DNA of 64,000 nt from Williopsis jadinii. Taxonomy: Eukaryota. The DNA lies in NCBI GenBank assembly GCA_024346625.1, contig AP024668.1, forward strand, positions 248,001 to 312,000, read 5' to 3'. The notes beneath the pieces were generated by a model. It saw only the letters and a program-made list of their open reading frames with translations. It made no database searches and was not told where the DNA came from. Every line of letters begins with the position of its first letter. Within the stretch, counting starts at the first letter, position 1. Shown here piece after piece: positions 12,557 to 23,683 of this stretch. A program made the position numbers and the translations under genes.

Positions 12557-13411
12557 ATGATGTCTATGCTGCTAAGATCACCATCTGTGGGCATCTCACG
12601 CAGGATTTTATGGAGTTTTCCGTCAAAGTCCCATATCCTCAACCCATTCAAGCCAGACATAAAGAGAAGGGCATTCCACGGTGCGATGATGCTTTCGAAG
12701 AATGAGATCCGTAACATCAACTCCACGATTGAGAGGTCGAAGGAGCGAGCCAAGGAGACGGCAGCCAAGCTGAAGGAGATGCTGCCGGAGCACGAGAACA
12801 TTTATACCATTCCGAATATGCTGACGATGACGAGACTCATCAGTGCCCCAGTGATTGGCTTTCTCATACTGAAGCACAAGATTTGGCTCAGCTTTGGGCT
12901 GTTCGCCTACTCCTCGGTCACAGACTTCATAGATGGGTACATTGCACGGAAGTACAACATGAAATCGGTTGTTGGGTCAGTCATTGATCCGATGGCTGAT
13001 AAGATGCTCATGGTGATCTGCACAGGATGTCTTGCGATGATTGGACAGATGCCCATGTACTTGGCCGTCATAATCCTCGGAAGAGACGGGCTATTGGCAC
13101 TGTCTGCCATATACTACCGTTATATATCACTGCCACCTCCAAAGACGTTTGCAAGATACTGGGACTTTAGCATTCCAAGTGCCCAGGTCTATCCTACAAC
13201 GATTTCCAAATACAACACTCTCTTTCAAATGGTTTACGTTGCAGGAGAGGTCATCAGGCCAGCAATGATCACACTTGTTGATCCTCAAGTGATACCCATG
13301 GTTGATACCGGGTTCCAATGCTTTGGTGCCTTTGTAGGATTGACGACGATCTTGAGTGGACTGAGCTACGTTTTCAGTAAAGATGCTGTGAAGATCTTGA
13401 CAAAGAAGTGA
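12557..13411 (+). CDS. CRD1: Cardiolipin synthase
   Basis: TIPNMLT and the CDP-alcohol phosphatidyltransferase motif DFIDGYIAR...DPMADK; basic presequence; synteny with BPL1/CCT4. Confidence 0.93.
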   Translation: MMSMLLRSPSVGISRRILWSFPSKSHILNPFKPDIKRRAFHGAMMLSKNEIRNINSTIERSKERAKETAAKLKEMLPEHENIYTIPNMLTMTRLISAPVIGFLILKHKIWLSFGLFAYSSVTDFIDGYIARKYNMKSVVGSVIDPMADKMLMVICTGCLAMIGQMPMYLAVIILGRDGLLALSAIYYRYISLPPPKTFARYWDFSIPSAQVYPTTISKYNTLFQMVYVAGEVIRPAMITLVDPQVIPMVDTGFQCFGAFVGLTTILSGLSYVFSKDAVKILTKK

Positions 13412-13477
13412 ACCACCATCTTTTCTTTGGTTGTTATATAGAGCTACATATAGAATGAGTGCATCACCAGTTTCCAA

Positions 13478-15064
13478 TCATCTACTAATCACAATGTCGT
13501 CGATTCTCAAGATCGACTTGACGGTTTCAGCAGCCAGTGTAATAGCACTTGTACTCACCAGTACAGGCTGTAAGACATGCTCTTCATATGTATTCGTTGC
13601 ACCGGAACGACGAGCAGAGATACCAGCATTACGTTCACCATTCTCGTGTTTGCTTCTAAGGTCAGTGACAACGTTGATGGCATTCAACCCAGCATTCTCG
13701 GCCAAAGTTGTTGGGATCACCTCCAATGCATCGGCGAATTCTCTCCAGATGAAGGATTCCGTACCACTAAGAGCGATGGATTCCTTCATCAGTTGACGTG
13801 AAACCTCAATCTCTGGAGCACCACCACCGGCAATCAACGCCTTCTCCTTAACAAGACAACGGATTACACACAGGGCATCGTGCAATGAACGTTCAGTTTC
13901 GTCCAAAACCATATCGTTGGCACCACGGCATACAACACTAACGGTAGGGTGGGTCACGTTCTTGACACCTGTGATCTTGACAATCTTTGAGCCTGAGCTC
14001 TCAATCTCCTCAATAACATCTGCAGATCCCAATCTGTCTTCTGTGAAGAGTTCAATATCGGAGATTGGCTTACACGACAAGGACTTGGACAAGAATTCAA
14101 TCTCTTCACGCTCAATGTCCTTAATGACCATGATACCCAATCTTGACAGGAAATGGAGAGCCAGGTCGTTCACAGCATCTCTCAAGATCGACTTCTGTAT
14201 CAACAACACGTTACATTTAGCCTTCTTGATCTTCTTACACATGTTCAAGATGTAAGCTCTCTCCTCCTTCAAGATCTTGTCCATCTGTCTGTAGTCGTTG
14301 ACAACAACGTTGTTCTCCATATCAGGCTTTGGAGGGGATAACTGGAACTGAACAAGGCCAATACGTGCCTTTTCGACACGAGTTGGTCCACCTGCGGACT
14401 TCACAACGGTTTGCGTCAACACCACGCCAGGAACGAGCTCGGTGTCGTCGATCGTACCACCCACCTTCTTGATGAGTCTAATATCGTTCAGGTCAACGTT
14501 GTTCGCATCCTTCTCGACAACCCTCAGGACAGAGTCAACAGCCAATGGGGCCAGCAGGTGTGAGTGCTGGCCAACAATCTTGGAGCTCAACGAGGTTGAA
14601 GCAGCTCTGATCAGAGCATCGCGGTCTCCAAGGTCGATCTTGGTGGACATGTCCAACAGGATCTCCACGGATCTCTGCGCAGCACGCTGGAAGGACTCAG
14701 CAATCTGCGTTGGATGGATACCTTTGTTCAACAACTTATCAGCAGCACCCAACAGCGCACCAGTGATGATGACAACACTGGTGGTACCATCACCAGCCTC
14801 AACGTCCTGAGCACCAGACACATCCACCAGCATCTTCGCAGCAGGATGAAGCACCGCCATGTGCTTCAAGATCGTGTGACCATCGTTTGAGATCAACACC
14901 TCTCCCTTACCAGTCTTGATCATCTTGTCCATACCCTTTGGACCAAGAGACGTTCTGATGGCATCGGCAACGGCTCGAGCAGCGAGGATGTTCGCACGAC
15001 GCACCTCCTGTGGCTTCTCCTTGTTCTTGAACTGGGCGTTAGTCGGTTGTACCTTTGTAGCCAT
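13478..15064 (-). CDS. CCT4: Chaperonin CCT delta subunit
   Basis: [35 protein letters not shown] at 15064. Confidence 0.97.
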   Translation of the reverse strand: MATKVQPTNAQFKNKEKPQEVRRANILAARAVADAIRTSLGPKGMDKMIKTGKGEVLISNDGHTILKHMAVLHPAAKMLVDVSGAQDVEAGDGTTSVVIITGALLGAADKLLNKGIHPTQIAESFQRAAQRSVEILLDMSTKIDLGDRDALIRAASTSLSSKIVGQHSHLLAPLAVDSVLRVVEKDANNVDLNDIRLIKKVGGTIDDTELVPGVVLTQTVVKSAGGPTRVEKARIGLVQFQLSPPKPDMENNVVVNDYRQMDKILKEERAYILNMCKKIKKAKCNVLLIQKSILRDAVNDLALHFLSRLGIMVIKDIEREEIEFLSKSLSCKPISDIELFTEDRLGSADVIEEIESSGSKIVKITGVKNVTHPTVSVVCRGANDMVLDETERSLHDALCVIRCLVKEKALIAGGGAPEIEVSRQLMKESIALSGTESFIWREFADALEVIPTTLAENAGLNAINVVTDLRSKHENGERNAGISARRSGATNTYEEHVLQPVLVSTSAITLAAETVKSILRIDDIVISR

Positions 15065-15343
15065 TTCCACCGTGTTTAAGCTGAGCTGAATTGAACAGAG
15101 AGACGGGCCTTCTGGTGAGAGTTTGAAAGCTTTTTGGCGATGTTTTCGCTTTCGCCTTCGCCGTTGGAGGGCACAGAGGCAAAAAAAACAAACATCGACA
15201 GGGTGGCGTAAATTTCAGAACGGCGCGCCCTAGGGTGCGTAAACCACAGCACGAATATATAAACATTTTCCAGTATGAGCTCATCTCTTCATTAATAACC
15301 ATCTTTCTTCAGCAGAAGTTGTGTTGATCGTAGCAGAGGAAAG

Positions 15344-16453
15344 ATGTCTGATACGCACGTGTTTGAAGATATCCCGCTGTCGAGAGAGCAGGTTGTCAAT
15401 TGCTCCTTTTCCAGCTGGTATTGGAGGTATAAGAGCCATGTTCCGAAGAGTCGTGTTATCAAGCCGTTACCACAGAGCTTTATGGAGTACCTGGGAGCTG
15501 ACGGGATAGTTCTGCCTGAAAATGGCCACTACGAGGTTGAGATGGGCGATGGTGACGGTGAGTATAGCGACTGGTCTGACGAGGACGGCGGTGGTGATGG
15601 TGGTGGTGATGACGAAGGTGATGACGAAGCTGATGATGGTGATGATGATGATGATAGCGAAGCTGATAAAACTGATGCCTCCAAGGACCCACAGCAGGTC
15701 TTCGCACAGTTCCAGGATGTCCACGACCAGATCAAACAGACCATCAAGGAATGGGGAGCTGTCACGCCAAAGCTCAACTGGAGTGCCCCCAGAGATGCCA
15801 CCTGGATCCTGCCCTCAAACACAATGAAGTGCACCAACGCAAGTGACGTCTACCTCTTGCTGAATGCCTCCAACTACGTGATGCACGACCTTGCTCATGC
15901 CTTTGATGATGTGACCACCAAGGAGGGCGACGAGATCAAGGAGACACAGACCGAGTTCGAGCTGGTGCTGAGGAAATGGGTGAACATCAACCCTGCGTTG
16001 GAGTTCAGGGTATTCGTGAAGCAGAATGAGATAGTTGGCATATCGCAGAGAGACTTGAACTACTACGACTTCTTGAAACCTTTGGAGTCAACGATACGGG
16101 AACTGATCGAGACGTTCTTTGACGAGGTACTTAGAGAAACGTTCCCAGATGACGACTACGTGTTTGACGTGTATCTCCCTCGTCCTTTTGACAAGACTTT
16201 CCTCATCGACATCAACCCTTTTGCGAGGGTGACTGACTCTCAGCTGTTCACATGGCATGAACTGGCTCAATTGACACCACAGGATGACTATGAACTGAGG
16301 CTAGTAACGGAGGTGAACAAGGGAAGGTTTGCGGTCAAAGAACATACGGAGAACCAGGTTCCAAAGGACGTTGTTGACGCAAGCTTAGACTCCAATGCTA
16401 TGGCTGAGTTGGCCAAACAATGGCAGGAATTACAAATGAAGGCAGAGAAGTAA
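15344..16453 (+). CDS. CDC123: eIF2 assembly factor (D123 family)
   Basis: NCSFSSWY, TPKLNWSAPRDATW, LEFRVFV, LIDINPF; acidic Gly/Asp insert. Confidence 0.95.
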   Translation: MSDTHVFEDIPLSREQVVNCSFSSWYWRYKSHVPKSRVIKPLPQSFMEYLGADGIVLPENGHYEVEMGDGDGEYSDWSDEDGGGDGGGDDEGDDEADDGDDDDDSEADKTDASKDPQQVFAQFQDVHDQIKQTIKEWGAVTPKLNWSAPRDATWILPSNTMKCTNASDVYLLLNASNYVMHDLAHAFDDVTTKEGDEIKETQTEFELVLRKWVNINPALEFRVFVKQNEIVGISQRDLNYYDFLKPLESTIRELIETFFDEVLRETFPDDDYVFDVYLPRPFDKTFLIDINPFARVTDSQLFTWHELAQLTPQDDYELRLVTEVNKGRFAVKEHTENQVPKDVVDASLDSNAMAELAKQWQELQMKAEK

Positions 16454-16475
16454 AGAAGCTTTTCTATTATCCATA

Positions 16476-17558
16476 TCAAGCCAGTTTGGGCGTGATGACA
16501 ATCTTGTCTTGTAGATGACCCAGTAGGTAGTTGCCCCGTTCATCGATTTCATTTTCACCTAGTTGGCTATCACCACCACGCTTCATACAGACGAGTTGTT
16601 GTAGGAATGCAGTGTTTGATCCTTTACTGACATCCATAATCACGTTGCCGATCTTCACGCTTAGCTTGCCAGATCTGTGTACTCTCAGAGTGGCGATCTG
16701 TCCCTCGAGTTGAGGTTTGACAGGCTCAACATTATCCTCTTCAGAGATTTCAGGCTTGACCTCATTGGTTGTTTCGAATTCAGGCAACACTCTAGGGAGT
16801 TGAAACATCAAGTAGCTCGCTGGATCGTTATTCAACTTGGTGATTGCTTCAGCAATGTCCTTGTGGTCTTGTGCCAGCCTTGCATCATCTTCAGCAGCTT
16901 CATCCACTTGTAGTTGATCAAGGTTTATGTGTAACTGGTGGTCCTTCGTGGCTAGCACGTTCTTTAGAGTACCATCATCAGGCTCTGGTGTTGTTGAACG
17001 GCTAGAATTCATCAACGTATCTTGTTCTGATGTAACATGTTCTCTTGGTGCCCTCACAGGGAAAAGCTCAGTTTCTTCTTTACTGAATCTATACTCTTGG
17101 TTCATATTGATCTTGGATAAATCACCTTCATCGTCACTGTCCTGTGGACCCACACTTCCTTCCCTAGACCCTTCCTCACGCTTAACCAGGCTGGAGAGAA
17201 ACCCAGGGGTCGGACTCCTTGTTGTCGACCTACTAAAGTTCTGCTTTGTATCGCTTAGGACGTTACCACTTGCCAACGGACCTGCTTGCACGAGATGAGT
17301 ACCTTGCAGAGCCCTATTAGCACCACCTCTACCACCACGACCACCACGCAAACCACCGCGCATACTTCTCTGGTGAGGTTTATCGGTGGGCTCAGCTGCA
17401 GTCGCTGGGGCATTGGCATCACGTTCCTCTTTGGTTCTTCTGGCAATGTTCTTCGGTTTGAATTTACCAGCTTTAGGACCACTTGAAGATGCCGGGCCAG
17501 CAGGTGCTCTACGACTCAATGAGTCCAATCTGGAAGAAGTTGGGATCTTGTCACTCAT
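16476..17558 (-). CDS. RPC53: RNA polymerase III subunit C53
   Basis: KFKPKNIARR near the N-terminus; C-terminal FQLP...GQIATLRVHRSGKLSVKIG; ATG at 17558. Confidence 0.9.
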   Translation of the reverse strand: MSDKIPTSSRLDSLSRRAPAGPASSSGPKAGKFKPKNIARRTKEERDANAPATAAEPTDKPHQRSMRGGLRGGRGGRGGANRALQGTHLVQAGPLASGNVLSDTKQNFSRSTTRSPTPGFLSSLVKREEGSREGSVGPQDSDDEGDLSKINMNQEYRFSKEETELFPVRAPREHVTSEQDTLMNSSRSTTPEPDDGTLKNVLATKDHQLHINLDQLQVDEAAEDDARLAQDHKDIAEAITKLNNDPASYLMFQLPRVLPEFETTNEVKPEISEEDNVEPVKPQLEGQIATLRVHRSGKLSVKIGNVIMDVSKGSNTAFLQQLVCMKRGGDSQLGENEIDERGNYLLGHLQDKIVITPKLA

Positions 17559-17704
17559 TTTAGCAAGCACACCAATCTAGAGGCAAAATACAACAACGAA
17601 CAACACACTGACAAACAAATAAAGAACAAAATACCCGTGAGTATGCTCTAAATTATGTCCTCAAAGGAATTTTTTTCCCTTGATTCGTGGGCCGGAATTC
17701 ACCA

Positions 17705-17755
17705 GCTCATCGCCCTCGAATCTGCCTCGAAGCGACCCAAGACAAAAAAAAATTC
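17705..17755. promoter_or_regulatory. PAC (GCTCATCGC) plus RRPE-like A-tract in the RPC53/SAS10 divergent promoter
   Basis: gctcatcgc at 17705-17713; aaaaaaaaattc near 17744-17755; both genes belong to the ribosome-biogenesis regulon. Confidence 0.65.
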
Positions 17756-17841
17756 TGATGCAGTGTAAAGAGACATAAAAGAAAATCTTTCAAAGTGTTT
17801 AAACCATAGCAAAGTTCTGTCATCTCTTCAGTTTCGACAAG

Positions 17842-19467
17842 ATGAGTGCTGAAGACTATGGCTTAGATGACGTAGATGCGTTCCATGCCGAAAAGGACAA
17901 GATCCTCCTCAGTCAAGGGATACAGCAGAGGGGCAGACGTTCTCAATATGACGACGATGAGAGCGATGAGCAAGTGATGGATATTGACAGCGGCGACGAA
18001 GATGAAGATTCACAAGACGAAGAGTTCTTCGGTAAGAAGCACTCTGATGAAGAGCTTGGTTCTGAAGATGAAGGTGCCTGGGGTGATAAGAAGAGTAATT
18101 ATTATGGTGCAGATGACTTGGAGGATGAGGAAGCTGCGAAGGAGATTGAACAAGAAGCTCTTCGTCAGCAGAAGAAACATCTGCAACAGTTGAACATGGA
18201 TGACTATGTTGATGAAGAGATGGAGTTGGAATGGACCAAATCTGCAAAGGAACACGATTTTGGTGATCTGAAAAAGCAAGAGTTGGAACAAGAAGAGACC
18301 GATATTGCATCGATGGATGCAAAGACAAAAAAGAAATATTTGACAGCTTCACATCCAGAGTTCATCCCACTGGCGAAAGAGCTGGCTAAATGGAAACCTG
18401 TTCTCGATTCATTGAGCAAGAATTCAAAAGATGAAGTAGTGGTTGCGAAATACTTGGCCCTGAGTGCATACCTTGGCGCTATATCATCGTATTTCGCTCT
18501 GTTCAGAGCATTTTCACTCGAGGGTGAACCATTTACAATGAAAGACCATGAGGTTATGGAGTTAATTCTTAGCTCGAAAGAAGTATGGAGACAGGCTAAT
18601 GAGCTAGAAGAAGGCCATGTGGAGCCTGAAGAAGCCGAGCATCAAGAGGAAGAAGACGAGGAAGAGGAATTCCACTCATTCGATGAAGATAACCAGCAAT
18701 ATGAGATCGAGGAAGATTCAGAAGATGCAAAAGAACTTGATCAACAAGAAGATGAATCATCAGATAGTGAGCTTGATATTGATATATCCAAACCTCGTGT
18801 CTTCAAACAGGCTAAGCAGCCAACCATATCTGAAGACTTTGCAGAGGGTGAGATTGCAGATGTGGATGCAGAAGAGAAGAAAACTCGTAAGAAGACATTG
18901 AGATTCTACACTTCCAAAATTGATCAACAAGCACGTAAGAAGGATGAGAAGTTCTCTGGTGATCAAGATATTCCGTATAAGGAACGTCTTTACCAACGTC
19001 AGCAAAGACTCATCGAAGAAGCACGTCAACGTGGTCTTCAACAAGATCAAGGTGCAGAGCTTGACGATTACGAATCAGAAGATGAAAAGACTGTCTCACA
19101 GTCGAATGGCCTGGATGATTCTTTATACCAGCAGGTCAAATCGTCAAGAGACGCTTCAAAGACCAAACGTCGTGAAGCTCATGACTTGGCTGTGCGTGCT
19201 GCTAAGGAAGGTCGTCTTGCTGAACTCCAAGAAAACATTGGTGAAGATGGTAAACGTGCAGTGAATTACCAGATTTTGAAGAATAAAGGTCTCACACCTC
19301 ATAGAAAGAAAGACAACAGAAACTCTCGTGTCAAGAAGAGAAAGAAATACGAAAAGGCTCAAAAGAAACTCAAATCTGTTAGAGCAGTATTCGAACAACC
19401 AACGGGTGCTTATGCTGGTGAAAAGACAGGTATCAAGAAAAACCTTTCCAAATCTGTCAAGTTCTAA
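17842..19467 (+). CDS. SAS10: SSU processome subunit Sas10/Utp3
   Basis: Acidic N-terminus; C-terminal KRAVNYQILKNKGLTPHRKKDNRNSRVKKR...GEKTGIKKNLSKSVKF. Confidence 0.95.
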   Translation: MSAEDYGLDDVDAFHAEKDKILLSQGIQQRGRRSQYDDDESDEQVMDIDSGDEDEDSQDEEFFGKKHSDEELGSEDEGAWGDKKSNYYGADDLEDEEAAKEIEQEALRQQKKHLQQLNMDDYVDEEMELEWTKSAKEHDFGDLKKQELEQEETDIASMDAKTKKKYLTASHPEFIPLAKELAKWKPVLDSLSKNSKDEVVVAKYLALSAYLGAISSYFALFRAFSLEGEPFTMKDHEVMELILSSKEVWRQANELEEGHVEPEEAEHQEEEDEEEEFHSFDEDNQQYEIEEDSEDAKELDQQEDESSDSELDIDISKPRVFKQAKQPTISEDFAEGEIADVDAEEKKTRKKTLRFYTSKIDQQARKKDEKFSGDQDIPYKERLYQRQQRLIEEARQRGLQQDQGAELDDYESEDEKTVSQSNGLDDSLYQQVKSSRDASKTKRREAHDLAVRAAKEGRLAELQENIGEDGKRAVNYQILKNKGLTPHRKKDNRNSRVKKRKKYEKAQKKLKSVRAVFEQPTGAYAGEKTGIKKNLSKSVKF

Positions 19468-19549
19468 CCATGTTTATGTTTTTATCTCGATCAATTACCT
19501 TCGAGGGCTTCCATTCGTAGAGAAATTCCCAATCTGGGCAATAGATCTT

Positions 19550-20330
19550 CAACAGCTCGACCTTTTATTTAATGATGACTTTGTACTTTCATGTAATCCT
19601 TTGAGATCTTTTGGTAATGGCGTTGAGAGTACAGCATAGCTCTGCATCATGGATGTAAGAAGCTACCTGCAGATAGGCGAGCTTGTGATATAATTTCATA
19701 AGTGATCTTGTCAACCATAACATGCATTAAGTAGAGAAGATAACATCTACCTGATCGGGACGATGGTTGGTGTTTGTCTTTGAACAACCTGGTTTAAACA
19801 ATTCACGGGAATGTATGGCATACCGCACACGGTACGTTATTGAGCGTACAGACTGTTTCAATAGTTGTACTCGGGAGTCGAAGACTACCGATACTTCGGC
19901 CCCCTTACCAGACTTACCAGCATGTACAAGACTCTTTTCTGTATACCTTGTTAAAGATCTTGAAATGTGTGGCAAAGCAGTAAATGATTTATTTTCACCT
20001 TCGTCCATGGCCTCTTAAGTTATTATACGTGTCAATCTTTTCCCTCGAACCAATTGCAGCTTTAGACAGAAGAAAGAAGGGGCCAATATATGCTCAAAGC
20101 ACGATGGACTGAATGCGATTAAGATAAATCGGATTGTAAGGCACATGTTGTCATTCAATTACCGTTATTGTCTCTTCAAGCACAGCGGTGTCATTTTATA
20201 AGGATAATGACACTGATGGTTTCACGATTATATGACAACTGCTTTCAATAACGAAAAGATATTCCTGTGAAAGTTGCAGTTATCCAGAACCTTAAAGCGT
20301 GGTGAGCAAGAGCTAATGTCTTCTTCGAAA
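19550..20330 (-). pseudogene. MSH5: Decayed MSH5 (MutS-gamma) ATPase-domain remnant; boundaries approximate
   Basis: Colinear fragments IYLNRIQSIVL*AYIGPFFLLSKAAIGSREKI / LTRIIT*EAMDEGENKSF..ISRSLTRYTEKSLVHAGKSGKG..HSRELF..DVIFS / SYIHDAELCC..ITKRSQRI match yeast Msh5; stops and frameshifts; convergent with SAS10 as in S. cerevisiae. Confidence 0.8.
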
Positions 20331-20998
20331 TCTCCCTTCATTGAGTGTAGCATTAAGGTAGCATATTCTATCATGAACTGACAAATTTTATCTTGTTCCG
20401 AACACAATTATTTAACATTGCCATCGAGTTTTGAACCTCTTGAGAATGTCCTATGCCTCATTGTTGTGATTGTAAATCGTCAAAGAGCATGATTTCCAAC
20501 ACATTGCATACGTGACTCTCAGCGATGATGATACAGCAGCCATACGTTCCTATACGAACAGATTCTTATTTATGCCGTCATCTTGAAGTCCCTTGATGCC
20601 CGGAATAATATGTTGGCCATCCTGCACACCTCAGTATTGATTGCTTTGTTCTTCAGACATTGTCTCTGTTGAAGCTCTTCACTCTTCGAAATCACACCTT
20701 TGCAATCATAATAACAACACATAGACATCTGTAAAACAAACCTCATCACTCTACTACCTACTCCTCAACAGTAAATCCTCATCATCTGTCGAATGTGAGT
20801 TGTGTCTTTAACAACCCAACCGCTGATACCAAAGCTTCTATAAGTGTGTCGCAACTAACTGCCACTTCCATACCGCTGTCTTAACAAACACATCCACACA
20901 CAGCACCGCCATCACAGTCCAAAAATCCCTAAAGTGCAACCACCAACAGGTCCAGCAACCTTACCCGCTGTGCGTGTTTATCGTAACAGATAAGCAAA

Positions 20999-21028
20999 GT
21001 AGACAAAGGTAAACAAAGGTAAACAAAG
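20999..21028 (+). repeat. 3x 10-nt repeat GTA(A/G)ACAAAG containing forkhead-type GTAAACA cores upstream of ATG9
   Basis: gtagacaaag gtaaacaaag gtaaacaaag. Confidence 0.7.
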
Positions 21029-21209
21029 AAGCCCGCGCTTATCTTCATCGGTATGGCCACCAACACATACTTCCCCTACCGAAACCCCGCCAATCGGCTC
21101 CTTGAGACTTGCCACAATTACTCTTGTACAATGTAATGTAAACATACCCAACAACAGCGATAACAAGCCAGATAAAGCACTCCTTCTCACCGTTTTCATT
21201 TCAAAGCAA

Positions 21210-23618
21210 ATGTCACACAAGAATACTTTCCTTTCAGGGGTTTTTGGTGCTCAGTCGCATCTTCACGACACGGAGCTGTCGAACGTACACACTGCGGTAG
21301 ATGAGATACACGATAGTGATATCTCCACAAGGACAAGGGAAAGGCCCATAATTGAGTCTGAGGAAGAGAGCGATCTGGAAAATACGGATAGCTCGGAGGA
21401 TGAGTACCGGCACCTGCTAAACAGCGGGATGAGTGAAGCTAACTTGATGGATGGCTTGGACTCGAGGGTGCCCAATGGTCACCATGTTGAACTGGAAGAT
21501 GACGATGTTCCCATGTCTTTAATGGTTGGCCAGAACACATCTGAAAGAGATTATATACCCACTAGGGAGCGTACCAGTTTCGAGGGGGCTTCGTCGAATG
21601 GCCAAGGACAGTCTCGCCCACCACAAATTGCCTATAGGAAGGATGATGATACCAGGAATCCAAATGAAGCTCTCAGGGCAGAAGAAGAGCGTACAAGGAG
21701 GGCCAAATTGGGCATTTTGAATCCAAGAGAAAGAGCGCTTTGGAAATGGGCAAACGTGGAGAATTTAGACAAGTTCTTACAGGATGTGTATTCGTATTAT
21801 TTGGGGAGTGGATATTATTGTATTCTCATCACCAAAAGTTTGGACCTTTTGACATTGATATTTGTTGTTTTCTTTGCCACATTCCTTACATCGTGTATCG
21901 ACTATTCCAAGCTGAAGCTGCCAGCTTCTAGAAGCCTAGATGATATCACTGTGGATCAGTGTTACTCAAATATAGGCGTTGGTGGAAAGCTGTGTCTTTG
22001 GCTTTTTTATGCTTACGTGGCACTGAAGGCTGTTCAGCTATACATGGATACAAAGGACTTGAACGAATTGTACAACTTCTACAACTACCTGCTTGAAATC
22101 TCAGATAACGATCTTCAGACTGTGTCCTGGCAAGTGGTGGTATCTCGTATTATGTTACTTAAGGATCAGAATGCAGTAAGCTCAAACGTTTCTAATGCCA
22201 AGTCAAAGAGACAAATAGATGCTCACCATATTGCAAACAGAATCATGAGAAAGGAGAATTACTTTATCTCCTTGTTCAACAAGGATATTTTGGACTTATC
22301 ATTGCCTATAACCGGGCTTAAACAGAACACATTGACAAAGACATTGGAATGGAATCTACAATTGTGTATATCTGGCCTTGTCTTCAACGAGCATGGCCAG
22401 ATTCGTCAACAGTTCCTAAAGGAATCTAGTCGCCGGGAATTAGCTGAAGAGTTGAAGAAAAGGTTCAGATTGGCTGCCATTTTCAACATCATTTTGTCCC
22501 CAATCTTGGTTGTTTATTTCCTTTTGCTCAATTTCTTCAGATACTTTAACGAGTACAAGAGAAACCCTGGTTCCATTGGGACCAGACAATATACACCCTT
22601 GGCTGAGTGGAAATTCCGTGAATTCAATGAATTGTATCATCTATTCCAAAGACGCTTGAACCTCAGTGTCCCGTTGGCATCTCATTACGTTGATCAATTT
22701 CCCAAAGAGAAGACCGTGGTGTTGCTAAAGTTTGTTGCGTTTGTTTCTGGTTCATTTGCTGCTGTATTGGGTATCCTATCAATTGTGGATCCAGATATGT
22801 TCTTCAACTTTGAAATCACTAAAGATCGCACGGTTCTCTTTTACATCAGTGTATTCGGTACAATATGGGCAGTGTGTCATGGTGCTATTCCTGAAGAGTA
22901 TGTCGTTTTCGATTCAGAGGCAAGTCTTTTGAAGGTTTCAGAGTATACGCACTATCTTCCGCAATCATGGAAAGGTCGTTATCACACAGAAGAGGTTAAG
23001 ACGGAATTCTGTGAGTTGTTCACGCTGAAGCCGTTACTCTTAGCGAGAGAAATTGCCAGTCTCGTCATTACACCATTCATTCTATGGTTCTCCTTACCAA
23101 ACTCTGCTGATCGTATAGTGGATTTCTTTAGGGAGTTTTCTGTACACGTTGATGGATTGGGATATGTGTGCACATTTGCAATGTTTGACTTTGATAAGAC
23201 CAAATCTGCCAAGAAGATGAAGAAGAATCCAAAGGGAAAGATATATAACCAAAGCGAGGAGAAGATGATGAAATCTTACCTTTACTTTTTGGACAGCTAT
23301 GGGAATAATGAAACTCATCGCAATGGCGATGCACCTGTTCCTACAAGCTCTAACAAACCATTGTCGTTGCAGCGTAAAATTTACGATAAAGCTGCTAAAA
23401 GCACTCAAAATTCCATGGTATTGGATCCATTACAGAAGAAGTTAGGACTGAGAGAACGATTCAACAACACAGATGTATATGATCTTCATCAGCTGGGTGG
23501 CTCATTCATCACCACATTACCCAAGACAGACGTGCACAAGGAGGTGGACGAATCAAAAAATCCAGGTGTTTTGGGCTTGTTGAACGAGTTCTATAAGGAC
23601 TACCAAATATCGCAGTGA
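21210..23618 (+). CDS. ATG9: Autophagy lipid scramblase Atg9
   Basis: ALWKWANVENLDKFL, NRIMRKENY, WKFREFNELYH, VDGLGYVCTFAMF; first ATG at 21210. Confidence 0.96.
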   Translation: MSHKNTFLSGVFGAQSHLHDTELSNVHTAVDEIHDSDISTRTRERPIIESEEESDLENTDSSEDEYRHLLNSGMSEANLMDGLDSRVPNGHHVELEDDDVPMSLMVGQNTSERDYIPTRERTSFEGASSNGQGQSRPPQIAYRKDDDTRNPNEALRAEEERTRRAKLGILNPRERALWKWANVENLDKFLQDVYSYYLGSGYYCILITKSLDLLTLIFVVFFATFLTSCIDYSKLKLPASRSLDDITVDQCYSNIGVGGKLCLWLFYAYVALKAVQLYMDTKDLNELYNFYNYLLEISDNDLQTVSWQVVVSRIMLLKDQNAVSSNVSNAKSKRQIDAHHIANRIMRKENYFISLFNKDILDLSLPITGLKQNTLTKTLEWNLQLCISGLVFNEHGQIRQQFLKESSRRELAEELKKRFRLAAIFNIILSPILVVYFLLLNFFRYFNEYKRNPGSIGTRQYTPLAEWKFREFNELYHLFQRRLNLSVPLASHYVDQFPKEKTVVLLKFVAFVSGSFAAVLGILSIVDPDMFFNFEITKDRTVLFYISVFGTIWAVCHGAIPEEYVVFDSEASLLKVSEYTHYLPQSWKGRYHTEEVKTEFCELFTLKPLLLAREIASLVITPFILWFSLPNSADRIVDFFREFSVHVDGLGYVCTFAMFDFDKTKSAKKMKKNPKGKIYNQSEEKMMKSYLYFLDSYGNNETHRNGDAPVPTSSNKPLSLQRKIYDKAAKSTQNSMVLDPLQKKLGLRERFNNTDVYDLHQLGGSFITTLPKTDVHKEVDESKNPGVLGLLNEFYKDYQISQ

Positions 23619-23683
23619 GTCAAATATTCAAGGAATTGGATCGATTAAGAAGGATGCTTTTGTTATACAACATATGCGTGCGA

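Noticed and set aside
21102..21209. TTG-started N-terminal extension of ATG9
   Set aside because: A/C-rich leader-like sequence; first ATG in good context is at 21210.
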